Below are positions 24,616 to 37,892 of a DNA stretch of 64,000 bases, in pieces (within the stretch, counting starts at the first letter, position 1; each line of letters opens with the position of its first letter). The translations under genes and the position numbers were made by a program. Below the pieces are notes generated by a model. The model searched no databases and was not told the origin of the DNA. It saw nothing but the letters and a program-made list of their open reading frames with translations. The stretch comes from Anthoceros angustus (Eukaryota > Plantae > Anthocerotophyta): assembly GCA_010909165.1 (NCBI GenBank), contig MU008158.1, forward strand, positions 1,265,478-1,329,477, read 5' to 3'.

Positions 24616-24802
24616 ATTTCTGCTAAGGTTGGGCGTTAGCTTGAGGTCAAATATCCTTTATTTATTTATTTATTTATTTAATAAAACTAGAGTTGGTTAT
24701 TAGTTACATCAATTTTTCTTTTTATATCATAGTTACCGTTATATATACTTCTACTTTGCTTTCTTAATTCATTATCTTTGTAAGCAATCTAATTCTCATC
24801 AA
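23388..24802. repeat. ~115-bp inverted repeat pair (23388-23500 and 24683-24802) plus a ~38-bp AT-rich tandem array (23530-23720)
   Basis: gataatgaatta.aaagcaa.gtagaagt...gtaactaa.aaccaact occurs on opposite strands; aattaattgaaa..atttaacttaaagctaa is repeated about 5 times. Confidence 0.7.
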
Positions 24803-25240
24803 AACTTTTATCTCAAGGTAATGAAGTGGATTATGGCGAGATTAAAAAAAGATTGCTCACATGACATTCATAGATGTTTTGAGATTGCGAAGACAAAAAC
24901 AACTAAATGTTCTGAGTTGACTACCTTATGTGAATGCCTACACCTTACCTTACTATGAAATATTGAATGCTCTGATTTGTTGACTCCCTTACGTGAATGT
25001 CACTCCTTATCCAACTATAAAATACTGAATGTCTTGATTCTGCGCTCCGTCATGAGTTTGATGTGGCATGATTTGGTTTATATACATACAAGAGATTCAT
25101 GTTCTCACTCTTCATACATAATTCGCAATTGTGTGTTTGTTTCTGAATAATTGCGCGAGAGATATTCGAAAATGTACTTTGTTTTATTAAAAGACTATGA
25201 TTGATTGATAGATGTTAAGTTTATTACATGTTGCAGGCCT

Positions 25241-26760
25241 AGTTAAAAGAAAAAGCAAACCACGTTGGTTCTGTACCACATTGGTTAGTCTAACTAGGCC
25301 TTAGCTTTAAATGTAGTTAGTTAACTAGCAGGCTAGCGAAAGGACACAACCCTTCGTAACCCTTTAAAAGCCCACCTATGAACCGCTAAGGACAATTACA
25401 CGGAAGGCGAGTTCGTATATAAAACCTTCTTTATCACTTTGCCAAGCCTTCTTCCTAGCCTCTCACCCACCAGGCCAAGTCCCGAATATTAGTGTGTCAC
25501 AGATTGTTGGAGCACTCCTGCAAGAGGAGGCTGCCAGGTTCAATGTTGGCACATCTCAACACGGGGGAGAAAGGGTCATATTCGTGACCAACGGTAGGTC
25601 ACAACAGAATAAGAACAGGAGCTCTTAGGGATCTTCGGGTTCTTCCAAGTCTCCTAAGCGAGAGGGGACATGTCATTGGTGCCAGATACTTGGCCATTGG
25701 GAGAGAGAGTGTCGGAAGAAACAGGCTGGTGAGGCCCGCCGGGAGCCAAGGATGGAGAATGTTGCCGTCGTCTCCAAGGCCAAGACCCAGTACCTAGATC
25801 AGCCCGACCTCGTGCTCTAACTGTGTGTTTGGTGGTTTCTATCTACAGGATCTGTGGCTAATTGCTTTTGCGGCGTTAGTGCTGGCCGGACATATGTTCA
25901 CGTCATGGCGAAGATATCGTCTTAAATGCGACAAGTCTTGCAAGACGACACGTTCCGCTTGATTTCGGCCAGGGAGATTGTCTTCTCTACCCGATCTTGC
26001 AAGCGGTCGTCCGCGTCATGCCTTGTACATTTCGTGGGCAGATCTGTTCTTACAGTTGCTGCCTCACTAATCTAGTGGCATCGATCTTGATAGATGGTCC
26101 ATTTAGAGGGAGATCGTACCGTGGCGATGCTCTTCTCCCACTTCCATGTTCTGGATGCTAGTTGCACTGCTCTTCATAATTGGCTTCTTCACCTCAAGCG
26201 ATTCCTATGTTCATAGTTTACGCTCGAGAGGGGGAAGTTGAACAAGCCATGGCGAGGAGTACCAGTGAACTTGCTATCAGAATCATGGTGGCCCATTACG
26301 TTGGTGCGATACATGGCATTCCCAAGGCACCTATGGAATAGAAAAAAGGAGTTCAACAAGCCGACTTCACTACCTCTGAAGACATGCAGATCGTCTCTTA
26401 ATTAAGGTGTTGCTGCAGCAGAGGGAGTTCTACTTACGCTTCCCGAGGGTTACAATCCTGAAGCAGCTGAGTGGAATTGTTGGCAATCGATGATGAATAT
26501 GATTATTTGGCTAGAAAGCTTACTCTTTTCTGGTCACAAGAGTGGTGTTCTTCTCCACGAGTTGCTTTACATGGAGCTCTTAGATAACAGCAACCCGCAA
26601 CGTGTCTGAGAGGGAGAGTTAGAAGAAGAAGCAGACCACGTTGGTTCTGTACCACGTTGGTTAGTCTAACTAGGCCTTAGCTTTAAATGTAGTTAGTTAA
26701 CTAGCAGGCTAGCAAAAGGACACAACCCTTCGTAACCCTTTAAAAGCCCACCTATGAACC
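25241..26760 (+). mobile_element. Internally deleted Ty1/copia-like LTR retrotransposon (3' LTR truncated)
   Basis: Near-identical ~144-bp direct repeats at 25241-25384 and 26617-26760; gag zinc knuckle CHWCQILGHWEREC at ~25670; purine tract gagagggag immediately before the second repeat. Confidence 0.7.
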
Positions 26761-27983
26761 TAAACCTTAGTTGATTGTTTATCATTCTTAGTAAAGCATC
26801 TGCTTGATGCAAGACGCTTCCGCATGGCATTTCTAACTTGCCTCTCCCTACGGTAACCTCCATGCCCTACAGTACTTGGGATCAAGATAATCGATTTGGT
26901 ACATGTGGATAGACACATAAGTCTGTGTACAACAAAACTTCCAAGCTTCAACATCCTCAACTTAACTTCAAAAGACTCAACATTCTCACGGTTTCAACTA
27001 TTATGCTCTAATTAGATCTTGCAGGCCTGCAAGAGTATCAACCATCCGGCAAGCTACAGTGAGGTCTAGAAGGAGAGCGATCCATCTCCATATCTATAGT
27101 TACTGCACCCTTCGCATCTCCATATCCACCAAACTTGGGTTGTAGAAGTGGTTTAGCCAGTCTGTATCATCTGGGATTAGTCCTAGAAAAATTGTTCCCT
27201 CGAGAGATATCAGCGAGCTTCCTCGATGGCATCATTTGGACCTGAAGCAAGAAGGATGGGCTATCCTCAAATCAATTGACTTCAAGCTGGAAGATGGAAA
27301 GAAATGGGTGAATAGGTTTCCTTGTAGTATGAGAGCTAAATAGCTCGCTTGGTAACGGAGGTGTGGCGGTTCTGTGTTTCATAGAATGGTAGCGGAGGTG
27401 TGTCATTCGCAAAAGTATCATAGACCATGTGTAGAGAGAGTCTCAAAGAACGAGTGCTTGGAATCCCCTGCGTAGTAACATGATAAATGTTTGCCCATAG
27501 TAGCAACGTATTAGTTGTTTGTTTTATATAACACAAAAATGATAAACACTAAATGTAAACCCTAAACGTTGGGCAGCACAAAACCTTGCATAACTCAGAA
27601 ATCATCGGCTGTGTGCCAAACTTGTGGGCTAAGTAAGTGTTGTGACAGTCTAGAAAGTTGACGAAAAACTATCATGTTACTTGATCACCAAATCAAATGC
27701 ATCAATATTTTGTGCATATATGGAACACGTTGGCCAAATGAAGCATGGGATGCTTGAAAACGATTGTGATCTACACACGAGATCGCGAGGAAGGATAAAA
27801 AACCCTTTAAAAAAGCCATGAGCCAGAATCTGAATTCCCACTCCACAACAAAACAAGCCCTCTCTCTAGCATCAAGCACCGAAAGTGATAGCCACAAAAC
27901 ATGCTGCTTGCTACAGAGATGCATTGACAAAATGACCAACACATATTATTACGAAGATGTATTATTATGGATATATATGATTA

Positions 27984-29260
27984 TTAAAATAGGGACACTG
28001 ATCCGGTGGGTCCAGGGATGCCACAATGGGAGAGCAAGGGAGTAATCCAAGCGCGCTGCAGAGCCAGGAGCGGGTCGTGAAGCAGGAGGCTTGAGCCGCG
28101 ATACGCGTCTCGGAGGAACACCGTCTGCCGTTCTCCCTTCAAGGAGACGTAGAAATGCTCGGGGTGGTGCAGGAGGAGCGTGGCGAGGGGCTTAGAGGAG
28201 CGGAGGAGGAAGGCGAAGGGGGTTAGGAATGAATCGAGCGACGCGCGCTTCAGGAGCGTGAGGCTGAGGAGCTCGTGGAGCACGGCCACGGCGTGCTTCT
28301 CCGCCAGCTGGGAGCCGGGGTGGACCTCGGGCGGGGTCCGGGAGTAGGGAGACACTGGCGGGGCCTGCTGGAACATGAGCACCTCCTCGATGCGGCTCCG
28401 CTTGAGGTCGCGCTTCTTGGAGAAGATGAGCTGCGGGAGCCTGGTGCCGGCGCCGGACTTCTGACGCTGCTCCTCTACGTGCTTCAGCTTGAGGTACCCG
28501 TGCCTGTCGTAGGTCACGTTGCTCCAGTGCCGGAGCTTGAGCTCGTCGCTTTCCGGCTGCGCCACCATTTCCATGAGCGACACCGCCAGAGCACTGTCCC
28601 ACTGCGCCAGCTCCAGCTGCTCCTCCGCCAGACGAAACCGGTGCGGGTGCCGGGGGGCCAGCCCGGTGGCCAGGTCGTCCGGGAGGCCCAGGTCTATCCT
28701 CACGGTCGTGAGGACAGAGAGCGGTATGCGGCGATCGGGAGCCATCATCAATAGCCGGCTGAGGCGCTCCACGGCGGGGCCCGGGTTGTCCTGCAGGAAT
28801 TGCTTCTCCTCTGCCACATGCCGGGCTGCTTCAGAAGTGAAAGTGAACCAGGCGGCCGGGGTTCGGACGTTGTGGATCTGCCAAGGCAAGGTAGAAATTG
28901 GCATCACAACGTTCGCACCGGTAAGATGCACAAACACACATAAACACACACCTGGAAGATGGCGGGGAAATTCTCCAGCCAAGATTCCACTCTGCGGGCC
29001 ACTCCCAGGGTTTGCTTGTGCCTCCCCAGCCGTGTGAGAGTCATGCGCATGCCTGGCTCTTCCGCTAGAATGTTCTTCAAGGCGCTCACTTGCAGAATCT
29101 CCTTGTCCCGCTCCAGCACGGCGTCCAGGGCGAAGTCCTTGTGCCATCGCTCCTTGCCGGATTGCAGCCACCCCGTGTCCTTGGACCTGTGGTAGAACCG
29201 TAGACGCGAGCCGCCTCCTCGGCGGTTTGTGAGGAGATGCGTCAACCGCGAAGAAGCCAT
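27984..29260 (-). CDS. PORR-domain (WTF1/RPD1 family) organellar RNA-binding protein, paralog 1; exons 29260-28952 and 28877-27984
   Basis: KDFALDAVLERDK, LSRLLMMAPDRRIPL..DLGLPDD, SPY, EKHAVAVLHELLSLT, HPEHFYVSLKGERQTVFLRDAY; Arg/Ser-rich presequence-like N-terminus. Confidence 0.9.
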
Positions 29261-29576
29261 GCGCGAGGCATTTCGGCGATGAAGAGTCACGATTGTGGAA
29301 ACCTAGTATCTACGCAGGTGCACAACTCATACAACTAAAGCCGCGAAGAATTTTTTGAGACGGCTAAAGAATCAGCCCTTCAGCTAATGTACAATGGAGG
29401 TCGGCCCATGCCATCCTTCAAGTTGGAAACAATGGACGTCGCTTTTCTCTCAAAGTCCTCAATTCGTAGACTGTCCACATTGACACAAGACCCATTTGGT
29501 AGCCGGCAGCCAGCAGCCAGCTTTTTGGGGCCGGAAGTGAGGGTCGTACTTCTTCTATCCCACAACGCTCTGCTTT

Positions 29577-32500
29577 TCAAATAGCTTCATTGCAGCGCAG
29601 GCAGTACTGGTCCAAGACTCTCGCGACCAGGCTTCCGCTTTCTGGTATGGCTCTAGCAGTCACACTGTTCCAGAAGTGCACAGTGTAAGACTCCTGCAAA
29701 ATTTTTGCCAGCAACTCGTTGTGCACTTCTTGTTCCAGAATGCTCTGGGGCGCAACAAAGTACCTGCCACAGCAAGCAAGCACTCCAGAGCGTCAGTGGA
29801 CCTGGCGGTGTACCCTCATTGGCATCCAACATGGAAGCAAGCTGCGAGCAGAGCTTTCACATAACATACTTCCGGATGCTGTCCGATCCAAGGGGATAGA
29901 AATCCGAAGGATCCCGAATTTTAGGTGCACCGCGATTGTGTCTTGCCGCTACTCTTGTCAGTAACCCGCCACCGTTCCATCCCAACTCCTTGTCATTGTA
30001 AGTCGCTGTGAACTCGTGTAGGCACTCTCTCAGAAAAGGGCTGCCAAAAAATCATACACAAGACACCCTCAGTGACGTGAAAGCATGGAGCGGCACATAT
30101 CAACGTTTGAGCTACCAGCAAGCTTTCACTACCTAGCTTTCTCGAAGGCCATAACAGCACCATTTAGCCTTCGGTCGCCATTTTCCGATGAATCTGCTCC
30201 TATGGTATTCACTAGATTTGTTAGCGGCTTCAGTACTAAAACGTCGGCATCGAGATATATGCCTCCATACCTGTACAAAAGTGACATGTTAATCCATACC
30301 GAACCTCATAAGGTCTGCTAATAACTGTGAGCCAAATGATTTTTCTGTGGACTGAACTCACTTGTACAAGGCAGCAAGTCTCAGCAATTCACTGGAGTGG
30401 ATGTAGTAGAGGCCTAACTTCCGCCACCGCTGCCATAAGGATGCAAAGACATCACTCGGTGTGCCTTCAAGCAGCTCCTTCAAATTTGGGTTCACCACTG
30501 CAACTCTGTACCTGCATTCAAGTCCCGTTTCTTCAGTGGTGCTCTCGAGACTCAGATACAACTTAAGACAACGCTCCAGCTAGGGATGAGGAAGTTACCC
30601 GTCTTGGACAAATCCTTGAAAGGAATTCGAGTCCATAGTTTCTGAGAACACCACAACACATGCCTGGGGATGAAAATGGAGAAGACTCTCCAGCCCACGC
30701 TGATATCTAACAGTGTATGACCATGGGGGTGTGTTCCACACCATGAAGACATTGATAGTGCAGGTCCTGTCTCCCAGAAAGGTGTCCATGAAAGACGAAA
30801 AAGGCAGAAATGGATCAATTCCTGGAAAGCTACCCCATCTCTTGCTGACAGCGGGCACTGTCTGCCGCCGCTGTGAAGGCTTTACTCTTGGCAAGTGCTG
30901 GGACCCTGGGGAAATTCGCAGGGGTGTCCTTGCAGATCCAGAATGGTGCATAGTTTTGCCAGCTGATGCCTTTGATATCCTTCCCTTCACAGCCCTTAGT
31001 TTGCCCAAAGGCAAGGAGCTGCCAGTTGTGTCCACGCTTTCCTGTTTATTCTGCAGCGAGACCTTCAACTGCCTGGGCTGATGCATGCCATCAGCTGAAA
31101 CACCTAGTTCACTTTCACCTGCTCGAGACTTTTCAGAAGCACTATATGCTTGCGTCACTGTTCTACCCGCTCGTATCTGCTCTGCGTCACCCCTTGATTC
31201 TCGTGTCTCTGCCAAGCTTCTTTGCGGCAGTGACTCCTGACTGCCTCTTACTAGATTCACCTCTTCATTGGCAGGTTTCACAGATCCCGGATTGGCCTGC
31301 TGCTCAAATTTTGGAAAGTCCGAGGGTTGGCCTCTCAGCAGCTTAAGTATGGCTCTGTCACTCTTGGTAAGGCCTCCTGTGTCCAAAGAATCTGGATCTG
31401 TAAGAAGAGGATTATTCACAGGATTTAAAATGTCCACGCTCCCCCGGCTTGCGCCGTCTTTTACTTCGAAGTTCTTCTTGCCCGAGGCCTTCGGACTCTT
31501 GAAGAGCTTTTGATTTCTAAGCAGGAATGCATCTTCGATGTCTACTAACTCCTCCACCTTGGTCATCACATCCTCATCAATCGGCACATCATCCGTGCTA
31601 AAAGTGTCCTTGCCACTTGTCTTTACCAAGCTCTGGTCAGAGCCAGAAAGTTCGTCAGCAGCGTCAGCTAACGGTTTCTTCCTAACTCCCAACACATGAT
31701 CCCAAACAAACTGCATCTTCTCCGTGTTGCCAGTGGAGGAACCATCTTTGCTGAGAGAATCAGACACTGTGTCTCTCAAAGTGCCAGCCCTGTGATCTTC
31801 AGACCGGTCCGATCTAGGCACCGTCTTTATGTGCCCCAATCTGGTCAGCCTCTTGAACCCTTTCCCAGACCCCACGGCATCATCATCATCACCCCGCTCC
31901 CTTTCCTCCATCTCCCTAACCTCCTTCAAAACCTCGGCATGCTGTCCATCCCCATCCCCTCCTTGTCTACCAGGTTTAGCCCGTGCCTCAACGGAGCTCT
32001 CTTCCGACTTATCCACAACTCCCGCTGCCGATTCCTCGTGCTCATTTCCGAAATCAGAGTCATCCATGTCCTCCGCTTTGTCATCTTTAAGTCCATCCAT
32101 CTCATTCAAAAAGTTGCCACCAAAGCTCTCGAACTCCTCAAGCTCATCGTTTTCCATATCCAACTCCGCCTCCAACTCCTCCAGCTTCACGTCATCAATG
32201 TTCAGCCGTCCAGCCCCCACATTCAACCTCTCTCCATCGCTGTTCCTCCTCAACAGCGCAGCGTGATTGGCAGGATCCAGGCTCACCTCAGCCACCTCCC
32301 TCTCCAGTTCATCAATCGCATCGAGAGCATCTTCAATGCGGTGCCTGCTCTTTCCAAATTGCTCCTCCTGAACCAACCCTTCCCCCGCTCCCCTCCCCGC
32401 ACCAATCAACTTCCCAAACAATCTTTTCCGAAAATCAGCGTGCTCCTGGTGCATATCCCTGTTCAGGAACGCTGCCTCCTGCGTCTCCGCCGCATCCTCT

Positions 32501-32679
32501 GCAAACCCTCCCACACCCGAGAGCCTGACCTGAAGAAACACAACACACGCCAGGAGCAGAAACCCTCCAGCAGCAAGAAAAGTGCTGAATTTCCACTGCG
32601 CCTTGGCAGTGAAAGACATGGACCTCGACATCCGGCTCCGGGAGCGGGGTGTAAGCTTTCTCGTCATTCTTTCTTTCAT
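29577..32679 (-). CDS. Alpha-1,4-glycosyltransferase family (GT32, At4g19900-like), type II membrane protein; exons approx 32679-30599, 30511-30362, 30271-30134, 30041-29871, 29763-29577
   Basis: N-terminal TM helix and long acidic stem; FMVWNTPPWSYTVRYQRGLESL, LLRLAALYKYGGIYLDADV (DXD), LNGAVMAF, HFWNS, C-terminal CLRC. Confidence 0.9.
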
Positions 32680-33483
32680 CTGCCCCAGCCCCGGCGAGAA
32701 TTGGTCCCGTCCCGGCCACTACCCCATCCTGCAAAGCTCAAATTCTAGCACACTTTCCAACCTCGCATTTCCATATCTGCAAGAAGTTCCCACAGGTCCC
32801 ATACGATTCGCAACGGCTGTAGATTTTCATGTGATGCATCACCACGACAGAAAGCTTCATGGTCCCTGCGCCCTGCGGCCGGCCGATAACAGCCAGACGT
32901 CCCCGGCCCAGCATGCACGGAATTGAGGCTCTTGCTCTCCGAGTTGCCCCGGGCTCGGTGCCAGCTCCCAGTGCCGGTGCCGTACCTTGGCTCAGCGAGG
33001 GAGGCGGAGACGGTGGGAAGTTTGGGACCCCACGAGAGAAATGCGTTTCTACAAATGGCAGTGCAGGTGGAGAGCGCAGGCGGAGGGAGAGATGGAGTCG
33101 ACGTCCAGTGGAGTAGAGACAGGGCAGGATTGCAAGACAGGGCGGTTTGAAGGTGCCGAGGTTTCCACACGCAGAAGCGAACAGGGCGCTGGAGTTGGAA
33201 GGCAGTTAGACTACCAAAAACCGCTCGCATCTTACTGCTCTACTCTTCAATAATTAAATCCGATCCGACTCCGGGACAAATACCTACCTATTCGTGTCAG
33301 CCGGACAAAACCCACATACATACAATAAATAATAGCAGGACTTTTATTGCCTTATTTGCAGTCCAGCTTCTGTCTCCGTTGTCGCCTACAAGTGGCGAGT
33401 GATATAATTGATGAATGCATGCGAGCGACAACATCCACATTCCACACCTGCCATCCGAAGCGTTCCAAGCGTGTGCTATTCAC

Positions 33484-36400
33484 TCACACAAACTCTTCCA
33501 CAAATGACTGAATTAAGTTAGATCCATTTGTGAGTTTTGTCGTTGCCACAATCAGGTCGTACTTCATGCCTTCCTGCATTTTGAACAAAAACAACCGACA
33601 CATAAGAGTCCCGAGGTGCAGAATCAAGATCGATCAGTCACAGTTTGGAATTATTTCCTACCTGGGCACTTAGGAAGCGGAGGGCTGATATTTCAGCGAA
33701 CGTCACCCCGCCGATGAAGACCACAAGGACTAACAGCCGCCTTCCGGTGTTAGCGGCTCCACTGTCATACATTTTCCGACAGCTCAAATGTTAGTTGGGA
33801 TCAAGCAGACGACGGGGGGTCTTCACAAGGGGTTTCCAAGAGTCACCTGTCCTGAGATGACGTCTCCAAAGAGGAGGAGCTCTCAGCATAACCATTTCCA
33901 GATGCTCCCTGCAAGACGGGTAGTTGTTAGTAGAAGAGAGCTTAAGAGGGCAAGCGAAGGCGGACAGCTCCCTTGCAATACCTGTCTGTGCTCAAAGCTC
34001 GGACCTGGAATCAGCCGCAGAGTGTCTGCAATTGGTTGCCTGCATTTGTGGGTTAGTGGTAGAGCCAGGAAATGTATGAGCCTGAGCAAGGGCCTTCGTG
34101 GTGTGCGGATACGTACCAGCCTCCTTTCAGGGCTTGTTGGACCAGCCTGATGCTCAAAGGAGCATAACCAGAGAAGACATATGAGATGTCTGTCGGACTA
34201 CCACAACAATAAAGTAGATATTAGCCTTCCGAGACGAGATGGCTGAAACACAGCAGGGCATCGTGAGAGACTTACTTGGCATCGTCACCATCTTCTACTG
34301 CTAGCCTCAGTGCCTTTCTGATAAGTTGCCAGCTGTTCTTCGGATCCTGGATAGAAAATTTCATTAACATTCGGTAAATGAAGGCCCGAGTAAACTATGA
34401 CATACAGAGCAGTCCCTGACCTGTCTTTTGAACAGACCGGCTTTCTCCAGGTTCCCTAGCGTTAAGAAATGCTCAAAGCCATAGCTGTGAAGAAACTCAC
34501 GCCTGCAGGGGCTCCACACTCAAACGACTGCAGCACCCAAGCTCTTTGAATCTAAAAATGCTCACCAACAGGTCAATGGGAGTAACAGACAAATCACAAG
34601 ATACCTGAGATAATCAAAGTGCTTTTTTGGTATGCCACTGTGGGTCAAAGACAACAACACGAGCAACCGGAGCACCCTGATAGCTGGCTCCTGCCTAAAA
34701 ATCTGCTCCTCCACGTACTCAAACGCGCTGATGAAAACACGAACATGAGGTCCTGGATGTCAATGAGCAGCTAGATGCAGTCTAACCTCGTAATGTAGAC
34801 GGCAAACCTGTTCTACAAAGCCATTGTCAAAGATAGGAACGACTCAATACATGTCGTAGTTTTGACCTTCCACCATGGTTTGCTCTATGTTGAGCTGCCC
34901 TAAAAACTTTTGCTTGCTTGTATTGGTCGACAGATGCTGGGCAATGCCTGTGTGTTTCTACACCAGAAGAAACCCAGAAGGTGAGCACAACGTTCCAAGA
35001 AGGAAATTTTGCACAAATCTAAGTGACTATAGGAACTCACTGTCAGCTCTGGTAGGTAGTTCAACTTCTTGACGAAGTCCTTGAGCTCTGACACCGATTG
35101 ATTTTGACCACTCTGCACCAACCAATTACTCAGTAACTGAACAATCAGGAATCCTATGCATACGGGTCCAAGAACTAGACATTGCTTTTAACATTCGCCA
35201 GCCATGCGACACAGGCAGCCAGATGAAACAATTACCTGTTGCATGCCTGTGTAGTCATTCTGAATCATGGTGACTTTTTGCCGCAAAACCTATAACCTTG
35301 CACAATCAAATAGCTTTCTTAACAAATCTGACATCAAGAGGACACACTCCACATTCTGCAAACGCAGAGGAGATGGCAATGTCAAGGACAGCATCCACCA
35401 GCAAACATACCTGGCCAACAACACTAAAGTTAAGATCTCGTAGCTCTCTGAACATTCTGTCACTGTGAAATCCAAAACACCAACATAAGACCTGCTTCAC
35501 AGCTCATGGTTATGGAACGACTGAATACACTACCATCAACAAACTCGTTCTTACTTGGAGTTCAGAGGCACTTTCACCTTCTTAGTACCCTCTTTACCTC
35601 CAACGATAGCTGATTCAAGCTCCACAGCTCCATTGTTGATGCCCAAGAACTGCAAACAAGCTACAGTGTTAGGCATGTGCACATTAATATGCTTAAGGGC
35701 TTGAGACTTCTCGGGCTGTGAGTGATATCTTTTGACATTCATCTTATCAGGGAACCAATACCTCATCAATGAGACCTTCATATGTAAGCTGTGAACACAT
35801 AGGTGTCACCATGTCAACCTGCATGACAGAACCAGAATGCATGCACAGAGCGCAACTACATCAGGACCTGACTTTTCTAATCTAAAACAAAAAGTTCATA
35901 CAGCTCAGTGATTACAGGTTTGATAGAAGTGCCCTGACCTGTCGATCAAAAAGGATCAATGTATCTATTTCAGGTGGGCCTGCCTACATACACAGAAATA
36001 GCACCAATTCAAATCACAAAATAGAGAAAAAATCACAACCACAATGCTGAGATGCTCGATTGTTGTCCTGCCAAACGACAAGATGCTTAGTCTCTTACAG
36101 TCTGTGGAACCACAGGTTGCTCCCGCTGCATTCGGTTGAGTATGCTAGCAACCTGAGCTGCTGCACTTCCCTTTCCCAATATATTTGGAATTGCTCCAAA
36201 GTTCGACTGCACAACAAAAACATAAGGAACCTGGTAATGGATTCCTTAATCCACTGTCTGTGCTGTACACTATATCTCACTTTTGTACACCGGGTTTCCT
36301 TCAAGATCAAAGACCACAAACTCTGGAGCATCTGCCTTGGCATCCGGGTGCTGCAGGCAGATGTCTACCATCATCACTACAACCAAAGTTCAAGATGACA

Positions 36401-37436
36401 CAGATGACTCACATCTCACCTGAAGTTTGTTAATAGCACGAGCGACATGCCAGAGAGCACTCGTATCCCCTTCCACCTGAGTTTCCTGTCACCGCAAAGA
36501 AATGTAAGGCCAGTGGTATCTTTCAGTCTCCTGGTACCTTGAGGATTATGTTGGAGCCTAATGATGAACTTACTCTGGCAGTCTGATCAAGCTCCAGGGA
36601 CAAAACATCATCATCAAAGGGTATCATGTACAAAGGAAATTCTCCAATAGTGACATCGCCATGAACGCCTTGGTCCTCTAGTATCTGCATAAACCTCCAA
36701 CCATGTTGTGATCCACCTCCTTGTGACGCCAGAGAAAAGCCAATACCCACTTCCAGAAGCAAGGCAAGACACCTTCTCACAAACGATCGTCCGCCGGGGC
36801 AAGAAAATCACTGAATACTGCCTCTGCACTGCCTGCTGATGGCCATCCTGGATATGCGCAGCTATAAGCTTCATGAGTTTCATCCGAGGTCGGACCAGAT
36901 ACACCACATTCTTGCATTCTGTTTGGACTGGCTTTTCTGTGAGATGATACAAATTCTCCACCCCGTGCTCCTGCAAAAGACCATCCAAGACACAGGAGAA
37001 GGGTGAGTAGGCAACCACGGGATAACCGAAGCTGAATAAATCCGTCGAAAAACCCCACCTTCAAGAGCGAAATCTGCGCAACGAGAGCCAGAGACCCGCT
37101 CAGCTTCTGGTCCAGCACCAAAACTTTCTTCCCGCGCACCTGACACAATTCAGCGCAAGCCCACATCACAGCGCGTCCTGGACACGCTCTTCTCCCCGCC
37201 CCCACCCCAAGCTCAACCACCAACTATCGCGGAGATGTAGCTGGAGAAGCACGCACTGAATCCAGGATGTCCACAAGATCCTTTTGCGCCTGTTCCCTGC
37301 AAAATCCCGTGCACGCTCCGATCGCTCAACACGGGTGGTCAGCGAGTTGTAAAATGCCCCCAGTGTGAAGCTAAGATGCTCACCGAAGCGAGGCGAAGTT
37401 GATGGGTGCATTGTCCAAGCTGGGAAGCTGCGCCAT
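33484..37436 (-). CDS. VPS33: Vacuolar protein sorting 33 (Sec1/Munc18 family), about 20 exons
   Basis: [97 protein letters not shown]. Confidence 0.92.
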
Positions 37437-37892
37437 GTAGCTTGATTCACCGGAGTCCGGCCAGGCCTGATAAGAGTCTCGGTTCTTCGGAAGCAGGAAT
37501 TCCGAGGTGGCCCAATTTTCATAGGCGCGTGGGCCTGTCCCGTACGCAAAATCCCTGGGAGCTTGAGTCGATCATCCTCTGCTTGAGACGAGGTTGGCAG
37601 TTTCCTGTCTCGACCATCCTCCAAACCCCGGAGTTCGTATGGATCTAAATGTAGATCGTGCTCCTGCTCCTGCTGTGTATGTGCGCCCCAGGTTGTACAT
37701 ATGTATGTATGTACATGCAATATGTACATACATACATAGCTCCAAACCACGGCGCTTAGAGAGAGGTCGCTTTGTTCACTGCTACGAACGTCTCAAACGG
37801 AGAAGGGCGCGTTTCATTTACTTAGATGCCTGAAGTTCAGGGGTTCAGGGTTTAGGCCAGCAGGCGAGGCGTGATTGAAATCTGGGTCTTCC

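Noticed and set aside
26780-27540. Possible decayed coding sequence
   Set aside because: Multiple stops and no identifiable motif.
27550-27570. Interstitial telomere
   Set aside because: Only 1-2 CCCTAAA units (also at 37845 and 52843); at most telo-box-like.
31696-32748. 350-aa + strand ORF
   Set aside because: It is antisense to GT32 exon 1.
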